Assembly (NCBI GenBank): GCA_964057225.1
Contig: OZ059900.1
Location: 17,484,001 to 17,548,000, forward strand
Direction: 5' to 3'
DNA: 64,000 bases
From: Auanema rhodensis
Taxonomy: Eukaryota; Animalia; Nematoda
The notes below the pieces were generated by a model. That model was not told the origin of the DNA. It searched no databases and worked only from the letters and a program-made list of their open reading frames with translations. This document shows, one piece after another, positions 54,606-64,000 of this stretch (position 1 is the stretch's first letter; each line of letters starts with the position of its first letter). A program made the position numbers and the translations under genes.

Positions 54606-57600
54606 AGTTCCACTTTCACGACAAAAAAACAGGGGTTAGAAAATTAAGGAAATTAGCATATTCTGAGGGCACGCCCCTTATGGCTAATATTGATTAAATC
54701 GATTTTTGTTCATATGAGTCGTCAAATGCAACGAATTTCAGCGTGTTACATACTAAAATGAAGCATTTTACATGCTGAACACTAGAAAAATACAAAAACA
54801 CAGTATTTCCCATGAGAAATATTTTATTATGCTGGAAAACCAGTTTTTGGAAATTTCGCTGTAAACAAGGTTTTGACTTACGATTTCATGTGTTCAAACT
54901 CATGCAATGTCAATGAAACCTAGCTCAAAATTGTTCGTACAACGTCTAGTTCCACTTTCACGACAAAAAAACAGGGGTTAGAAAATTAAGGAAATTAGCA
55001 TATTCTGAGGGCACGCCCCTTATGGCTAATATTGATTAAATCGATTTTTGTTCATATGAGTCGTCAAATGCAACGAATTTCAGCGTGTTACATACTAAAA
55101 TGAAGCATTTTACATGCTGAACACTAGAAAAATACAAAAACACAGTATTTCCCATGAGAAATATTTTATTATGCTGGAAAACCAGTTTTTGGAAATTTCG
55201 CTGTAAACAAGGTTTTGACTTACGATTTCATGTGTTCAAACTCATGCAATGTCAATGAAACCTAGCTCAAAATTGTTCGTACAACGTCTAGTTCCACTTT
55301 CACGACAAAAAAACAAGGGTTACGACAAAAAACAGGGGTTAGAAAATTAAGGAAATTAGCATATTCTGAGGGCACGCCCCTTATGGCTAATATTGATTAA
55401 ATCGATTTTTGTTCATATGAGTCGTCAAATGCAACGAATTTCAGCGTGTTACATACTAAAATGAAGCATTTTACATGCTGAACACTAGAAAAATACAAAA
55501 ACACAGTATTTCCCATGAGAAATATTTTATTATGCTGGAAAACCAGTTTTTGGAAATTTCGCTGTAAACAAGGTTTTGACTTACGATTTCATGTGTTCAA
55601 ACTCATGCAATGTCAATGAAACCTAGCTCAAAATTGTTCGTACAACGTCTAGTTCCACTTTCACGACAAAAAAACAAGGGTTACGACAAAAAACAGGGGT
55701 TAGAAAATTAAGGAAATTAGCATATTCTGAGGGCACGCCCCTTATGGCTAATATTGATTAAATCGATTTTTGTTCATATGAGTCGTCAAATGCAACGAAT
55801 TTCAGCGTGTTACATACTAAAATGAAGCATTTTACATGCTGAACACTAGAAAAATACAAAAACACAGTATTTCCCATGAGAAATATTTTATTATGCTGGA
55901 AAACCAGTTTTTGGAAATTTCGCTGTAAACAAGGTTTTGACTTACGATTTCATGTGTTCAAACTCATGCAATGTCAATGAAACCTAGCTCAAAATTGTTC
56001 GTACAACGTCTAGTTCCACTTTCACGACAAAAAAACAGGGGTTAGAAAATTAAGGAAATTAGCATATTCTGAGGGCACGCCCCTTATGGCTAATATTGAT
56101 TAAATCGATTTTTGTTCATATGAGTCGTCAAATGCAACGAATTTCAGCGTGTTACATACTAAAATGAAGCATTTTACATGCTGAACACTAGGAAAATACA
56201 AAAACACAGTATTTCCCATGAGAAATATTTTATTATGCTGGAAAACCAGTTTTTGGAAATTTCGCTGTAAACAAGGTTTTGACTTACGATTTCATGTGTT
56301 CAAACTCATGCAATGTCAATGAAACCTAGCTCAAAATTGTTCGTACAACGTCTAGTTCCACTTTCACGACAAAAAAACAGGGGTTAGAAAATTAAGGAAA
56401 TTAGCATATTCTGAGGGCACGCCCCTTATGGCTAATATTGATTAAATCGATTTTTGTTCATATGAGTCGTCAAATGCAACGAATTTCAGCGTGTTACATA
56501 CTAAAATGAAGCATTTTACATGCTGAACACTAGAAAAATACAAAAACACAGTATTTCCCATGAGAAATATTTTATTATGCTGGAAAACCAGTTTTTGGAA
56601 ATTTCGCTGTAAACAAGGTTTTGACTTACGATTTCATGTGTTCAAACTCATGCAATGTCAATGAAACATAGCTCAAAATTGTTCGTACAACGTCTAGTTC
56701 CACTTTCACGACAAAAAAACAGGGGTTAGAAAATTAAGGAAATTAGCATATTCTGAGGGCACGCCCCTTATGGCTAATATTGATTAAATCGATTTTTGCT
56801 CATATGAGTCGTCAAATGCAACGAATTTCAGCGTGTTACATACTAAAATGAAGCATTTTACATGCTGAACACTAGAAAAATACAAAAACACAGTATTTCC
56901 CATGAGAAATATTTTATTATGCTGGAAAACCAGTTTTTGGAAATTTCGCTGTAAACAAGGTTTTGACTTACGATTTCATGTGTTCAAACTCATGCAATGT
57001 CAATGAAACCTAGCTCAAAATTGTTCGTACAACGTCTAGTTCCACTTTCACGACAAAAAAACAGGGGTTAGAAAATTAAGGAAATTAGCATATTCTGAGG
57101 GCACGCCCCTTATGGCTAATATTGATTAAATCGATTTTTGTTCATATGAGTCGTCAAATGCAACGAATTTCAGCGTGTTACATACTAAAATGAAGCATTT
57201 TACATGCTGAACACTAGAAAAATACAAAAACACAGTATTTCCCATGAGAAATATTTTATTATGCTGGAAAACCAGTTTTTGGAAATTTCGCTGTAAACAA
57301 GGTTTTGACTTACGATTTCATGTGTTCAAACTCATGCAATGTCAATGAAACCTAGCTCAAAATTGTTCGTACAACGTCTAGTTCCACTTTCACGACAAAA
57401 AAACAGGGGTTACGACAAAAAACAGGGGTTAGAAAATTAAGGAAATTAGCATATTCTGAGGGCACGCCCCTTATGGCTAATATTGATTAAATCGATTTTT
57501 GTTCATATGAGTCGTCAAATGCAACGAATTTCAGCGTGTTACATACTAAAATGAAGCATTTTACATGCTGAACACTAGAAAAATACAAAAACACAGTATT

Positions 57601-60600
57601 TCCCATGAGAAATATTTTATTATGCTGGAAAACCAGTTTTTGGAAATTTCGCTGTAAACAAGGTTTTGACTTACGATTTCATGTGTTCAAACTCATGCAA
57701 TGTCAATGAAACCTAGCTCAAAATTGTTCGTACAACGTCTAGTTCCACTTTCACGACAAAAAAACAGGGGTTAGAAAATTAAGGAAATTAGCATATTCTG
57801 AGGGCACGCCCCTTATGGCTAATATTGATTAAATCGATTTTTGTTCATATGAGTCGTCAAATGCAACGAATTTCAGCGTGTTACATACTAAAATGAAGCA
57901 TTTTACATGCTGAACACTAGAAAAATACAAAAACACAGTATTTCCCATGAGAAATATTTTATTATGCTGGAAAACCAGTTTTTGGAAATTTCGCTGTAAA
58001 CAAGGTTTTGACTTACGATTTCATGTGTTCAAACTCATGCAATGTCAATGAAACCTAGCTCAAAATTGTTCGTACAACGTCTAGTTCCACTTTCACGACA
58101 AAAAAACAGGGGTTAGAAAATTAAGGAAATTAGCATATTCTGAGGGCACGCCCCTTATGGCTAATATTGATTAAATCGATTTTTGTTCATATGAGTCGTC
58201 AAATGCAACGAATTTCAGCGTGTTACATACTAAAATGAAGCATTTTACATGCTGAACACTAGAAAAATACAAAAACACAGTATTTCCCATGAGAAATATT
58301 TTATTATGCTGGAAAACCAGTTTTTGGAAATTTCGCTGTAAACAAGGTTTTGACTTACGATTTCATGTGTTCAAACTCATGCAATGTCAATGAAACCTAG
58401 CTCAAAATTGTTCGTACAACGTCTAGTTCCACTTTCACGACAAAAAAACAGGGTTACGACAAAAAACAGGGGTTAGAAAATTAAGGAAATTAGCATATTC
58501 TGAGGGCACGCCCCTTATGGCTAATATTGATTAAATCGATTTTTGTTCATATGAGTCGTCAAATGCAACGAATTTCAGCGTGTTACATACTAAAATGAAG
58601 CATTTTACATGCTGAACACTAGAAAAATACAAAAACACAGTATTTCCCATGATAAATATTTTATTATGCTGGAAAACCAGTTTTTGGAAATTTCGCTGTA
58701 AACAAGGTTTTGACTTACGATTTCATGTGTTCAAACTCATGCAATGTCAATGAAACCTAGCTCAAAATTGTTCGTACAACGTCTAGTTCCACTTTCACGA
58801 CAAAAAAACAGGGGTTAGAAAATTAAGGAAATTAGCATATTCTGAGGGCACGCCCCTTATGGCTAATATTGATTAAATCGATTTTTGTTCATATGAGTCG
58901 TCAAATGCAACGAATTTCAGCGTGTTACATACTAAAATGAACATTTTACATGCTGAACACTAGAAAAAAACAAAAACACAGTATTTCCCATGAGAAATAT
59001 TTTATTATGCTGGAAAACCAGTTTTTGGAAATTTCGCTGTAAACAAGGTTTTGACTTACGATTTCATGTGTTCAAACTCATGCAATGTCAATGAAACTTA
59101 GCTCAAAATTGTTCGTACAACGTCTAGTTCCACTTTCACGACAAAAAAACAGGGGTTAGAAAATTAAGGAAATTAGCATATTCTGAGGGCACGCCCCTTA
59201 TGGCTAATATTGATTAAATCGATTTTTGTTCATATGAGTCGTCAAATGCAACGAATTTCAGCGTGTTACATACTAAAATGAAGCATTTCACATGCTGAAC
59301 ACTAGAAGAATACAAAAACACAGTATTTCCCATGAGAAATATTTTATTATGCTGGAAAACCAGTTTTTGGAAATTTCGCTGTAAACAAGGTTTTGACTTA
59401 CGATTTCATGTGTTCAAACTCATGCAATGTCAATGAAACCTAGCTCAAAATTGTTCGTACAACGTCTAGTTCCACTTTCACGACAAAAAAACAGGGGTTA
59501 GAAAATTAAGGAAATTAGCATATTCTGAGGGCACGCCCCTTATGGCTAATATTGATTAAATTGATTTTTGTTCATATGAGTCGTCAAATGCAACGAATTT
59601 CAGCGTGTTACATACTAAAATGAAGCATTTTACATGCTGAACACTAGAAAAATACAAAAACACAGTATTTCCCATGAGAAATATTTTATTATGCTGGAAA
59701 ACCAGTTTTTGGAAATTTCGCTGTAAACAAGGTTTTGACTTACGATTTCATGTGTTCAAACTCATGCAATGTCAATGAAACCTAGCTCAAAATTGTTCGT
59801 ACAACGTCTAGTTCCACTTTCACGACAAAAAAACAGGGGTTAGAAAATTAAGGAAATTAGCATATTCTGAGGGCACGCCCCTTATGGCTAATAATGATTA
59901 AATCGATTTTTGTTCATATGAGTCGTCAAATGCAACGAATTTCAGCGTGTTACATACTAAAATGAAGCATTTTACATGCTGAACACTAGAAAAATACAAA
60001 AACACAGTATTTCCCATGAGAAATATTTTATTATGCTGGAAAACCAGTTTTTGGAAATTTCGCTGTAAACAAGGTTTTGACTTACGATTTCATGTGTTCA
60101 AACTCATGCAATGTCAATGAAACCTAGCTCAAAATTGTTCGTACAACGTCTAGTTCCACTTTCACGACAAAAAAACAGGGGTTAGAAAATTAAGGAAATT
60201 AGCATATTCTGAGGGCACGCCCCTTATGGCTAATATTGATTAAATCGATTTTTGTTCATATGAGTCGTCAAATGCAACGAATTTCAGCGTGTTACATACT
60301 TAAATGAAGCATTTTACATGCTGAACACTAGAAAAATACAAAAACACAGTATTTCCCATGAGAAATATTTTATTATGCTGGAAAACCAGTTTTTGGAAAT
60401 TTCGCTGTAAACAAGGTTTTGACTTACGATTTCATGTGTTCAAACTCATGCAATGTCAATGAAACCTAGCTCAAAATTGTTCGTACAACGTCTAGTTCCA
60501 CTTTCACGACAAAAAAACAGGGGTTAGAAAATTAAGGAAATTAGCATATTCTGAGGGCACGCCCCTTATGGCTAATATTGATTAAATCGATTTTTGTTCA

Positions 60601-63600
60601 TATGAGTCGTCAAATGCAACGAATTTCAGCGTGTTACATACTTAAATGAAGCATTTTACATGCTGAACACTAGAAAAATACAAAAACACAGTATTTCCCA
60701 TGAGAAATATTTTATTATGCTGGAAAACCAGTTTTTGGAAATTTCGCTGTAAACAAGGTTTTGACTTACGATTTCATGTGTTTAAACTCATGCAATGTCA
60801 ATGAAACCTAGCTCAAAATTGTTCGTACAACGTCTAGTTCCACTTTCACGACAAAAAAACAGGGGTTAGAAAATTAAGGAAATTAGCATATTCTGAGGGC
60901 ACGCCCCTTATGGCTAATATTGATTAAATCGATTTTTGTTCATATGAGTCGTCAAATGCAACGAATTTCAGCGTGTTACATACTAAAATGAAGCATTTTA
61001 CATGCTGAACACTAGAAAAATACAAAAACACAGTATTTCCCATGAGAAATATTTTATTATGCTGGAAAACCAGTTTTTGGAAATTTCGCTGTAAACAAGG
61101 TTTTGACTTACGATTTCATGTGTTCAAACTCATGCAATGTCAATGAAACCTAGCTCAAAATTGTTCGTACAACGTCTAGTTCCACTTTCACGACAAAAAA
61201 ACAGGGGTTACGACAAAAAACAGGGGTTAGAAAATTAAGGAAATTAGCATATTCTGAGGGCACGCCCCTTATGGCTAATATTGATTAAATCGATTTTTGT
61301 TCATATGAGTCGTCAAATGCAACGAATTTCAGCGTGTTACATACTAAAATGAAGCATTTTACATGCTGAACACTAGAAAAATACAAAAACACAGTATTTC
61401 CCATGATAAATATTTTATTATGCTGGAAAACCAGTTTTTGGAAATTTCGCTGTAAACAAGGTTTTGACTTACGATTTCATGTGTTCAAACTCATGCAATG
61501 TCAATGAAACCTAGCTCAAAATTGTTCGTACAACGTCTAGTCCCACTTTCACGACAAAAAAACAGGGGTTAGAAAATTAAGGAAATTAGCATATTCTGAG
61601 GGCACGCCCCTTATGGCTAATATTGATTAAATCGATTTTTGTTCATATGAGTCGTCAAATGCAACGAATTTCAGCGTGTTACATACTAAAATGAAGCATT
61701 TTACATGCTGAACACTAGAAAAATACAAAAACACAGTATTTCCCATGAGAAATATTTTATTATGCTGGAAAACCAGTTTTTGGAAATTTCGCTGTAAACA
61801 AGGTTTTGACTTACGATTTCATGTGTTCAAACTCATGCAATGTCAATGAAACCTAGCTCAAAATTGTTCGTACAACGTCTAGTTCCACTTTCACGACAAA
61901 AAAACAGGGGTTAGAAAATTAAGGAAATTAGCATATTCTGAGGGCACGCCCCTTATGGCTAATATTGATTAAATCGATTTTTGTTCATATGATTCGTCAA
62001 ATGCAACGAATTTTAGCGTGTTACATACTAAAATGAAGCATTTTACATGCTGAACACTAGAAAAAAACAAAAACACAGTATTTCCCATGAGAAATATTTT
62101 ATTATGCTGGAAAACCAGTTTTTGGAAATTTCGCTGTAAACAAGGTTTTGACTTACGATTTCATGTGTTCAAACTCATGCAATGTCAATGAAACTTAGCT
62201 CAAAATTGTTCGTACAACGTCTAGTTCCACTTTCACGACAAAAAAACAGGGGTTAGAAAATTAAGGAAATTAGCATATTCTGAGGGCACGCCCCTTATGG
62301 CTAATATTGATTAAATCGATTTTTGTTCATATGAGTCGTCAAATGCAACGAATTTCAGCGTGTTACATACTAAAATGAAGCATTTTACATGCTGAACACT
62401 AGAAAAATACAAAAACACAGTATTTCCCATGAGAAATATTTTATTATGCTTGAAAACCAGTTTTTGGAAATTTCGCTGTAAACAAGGTTTTGACTTACGA
62501 TTTCATGTGTTCAAACTCATGCAATGTCAATGAAACCTAGCTCAAAATTGTTCGTACAACGTCTAGTTCCACTTTCACGACAAAAAAACAGGGGTTAGAA
62601 AATTAAGGAAATTAGCATATTCTGAGGGCACGCCCCTTATGGCTAATATTGATTAAATCGATTTTTGTTCATATGAGTCGTCAAATGCAACGAATTTCAG
62701 CGTGTTACATACTAAAATGAAGCATTTCACATGCTGAACACTAGAAGAATACAAAAACACAGTATTTCCCATGAGAAATATTTTATTATGCTGGAAAACC
62801 AGTTTTTGGAAATTTCGCTGTAAACAAGGTTTTGACTTACGATTTCATGTGTTCAAACTCATGCAATGTCAATGAAACCTAGCTCAAAATTGTTTGTACA
62901 ACGTCTAGTTCCACTTTCACGACAAAAAAACAGGGGTTAGAAAATTAAGGAAATTAGCATATTCTGAGGGCACGCCCCTTATGGCTAATATTGATTAAAT
63001 CGATTTTTGTTCATATGAGTCGTCAAATGCAACGAATTTCAGCGTGTTACATACTAAAATGAAGCATTTCACATGCTGAACACTGGAAGAATACAAAAAC
63101 ACAGTATTTCCCATGAGAAATATTTTATTATGCTGGAAAACCAGTTTTTGGAAATTTCGCTGTAAACAAGGTTTTGACTTACGATTTCATGTGTTCAAAC
63201 TCATGCAATGTCAATGAAACCTAGCTCAAAATTGTTCGTACAACGTCTAGTTCCACTTTCACGACAAAAAAACAGGGGTTAGAAAATTAAGGAAATTAGC
63301 ATATTCTGAGGGCACGCCCCTTATGGCTAATATTGATTAAATCGATTTTTGTTCATATGAGTCGTCAAATGCAACGAATTTCAGCGTGTTACATACTAAA
63401 ATGAAGCATTTTACATGCTGAACACTAGAAAAATACAAAAACACAGTATTTCCCATGAGAAATATTTTATTATGCTGGAAAACCAGTTTTTGGAAATTTC
63501 GCTGTAAACAAGGTTTTGACTTACGATTTCATGTGTTCAAACTCATGCAATGTCAATGAAACCTAGCTCAAAATTGTTCGTACAACGTCTAGTTCCACTT

Positions 63601-64000
63601 TCACGACAAAAAAACAGGGGTTAGAAAATTAAGGAAATTAGCATATTCTGAGGGCACGCCCCTTATGGCTAATAATGATTAAATCGATTTTTGTTCATAT
63701 GAGTCGTCAAATGCAACGAATTTCAGCGTGTTACATACTAAAATGAAGCATTTTACATGCTGAACACTAGAAAAATACAAAAACACAGTATTTCCCATGA
63801 GAAATATTTTATTATGCTGGAAAACCAGTTTTTGGAAATTTCGCTGTAAACAAGGTTTTGACTTACGATTTCATGTGTTCAAACTCATGCAATGTCAATG
63901 AAACCTAGCTCAAAATTGTTCGTACAACGTCTAGTTCCACTTTCACGACAAAAAAACAGGGGTTAGAAAATTAAGGAAATTAGCATATTCTGAGGGCACG

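Larger units (their letters stand above)
1..64000. repeat. Tandem satellite DNA array, 342-bp monomer, about 186.2 copies, continuing past both window edges
   Basis: The motif AGTTCCACTTTCACGAC recurs at 1, 343, 685, 1027 and so on to 63933 (one copy, at 61539, reads AGTCCC). The length balances exactly: 186x342 + 323 (17 insertion monomers) - 3 (1-bp deletions in M4, M13, M172) = 63932. No non-repeat sequence and no inverted monomers were seen. Confidence 0.99.

Noticed and set aside
1-64000. Giant repetitive protein-coding gene (342 is divisible by 3)
   Set aside because: Every frame has stops in each monomer. On the plus strand: TAA 40-42, TAG 32-34 and TAA 90-92. On the minus strand: TCA at 11, TTA at 31 and TTA at 48. 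The 19-bp and 1-bp indels also break frame freely.
1-64000. CRISPR array or other repeat-spacer or variable-cassette system
   Set aside because: There are no unique spacers. The entire unit is repeated and variation is limited to scattered SNVs and one small duplication. No cas or other genes are present.
1-64000. Rolling-circle or concatemer artefact, or collapsed assembly
   Set aside because: Variants are linked into haplotypes that recur in ordered, nested blocks with private differences. Random sequencing error on one template would not produce this.
1-64000. Variant pattern as a functional code or barcode
   Set aside because: Neutral mutation plus unequal exchange or conversion explains the pattern. 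Periods vary along the array and nothing indicates a reader or selection.

Overview
The whole 64-kb window is one uninterrupted head-to-tail satellite DNA array. The monomer is 342 bp and about 34% GC by hand count (116/342). I counted 186 complete monomers plus a 68-bp partial one (63933-64000), all in the same orientation. Monomers are nearly identical: many match the consensus and the rest carry 1-5 differences. Seventeen monomers are a 360-362-bp length variant made by a 19-bp internal tandem duplication (ACGAC-A6-CAGGGGTT), and three are 341 bp. There are no genes, RNA genes, transposons or CRISPR spacers, and all six reading frames contain stops within each monomer. The information lies in the order of the rare variants, which shows nested duplications of 2, 3, 5, 6, 9, 20 and 24 monomers and degraded periodicities of about 30 and 65-80 monomers. 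The monomer also holds several dyads, roughly 10-bp-phased A/T tracts, a weak trace of a 2 x ~171-bp origin, and a degenerate CENP-B-box-like motif. This fits a eukaryotic (peri)centromeric or heterochromatic satellite; that reading is inference and I cannot name the organism. I see no evidence of a new gene-based system. Notation: Mn = nth monomer, and variant positions are offsets in the monomer with window position 1 as offset 1. Variants were read by eye, so a few may have been missed.
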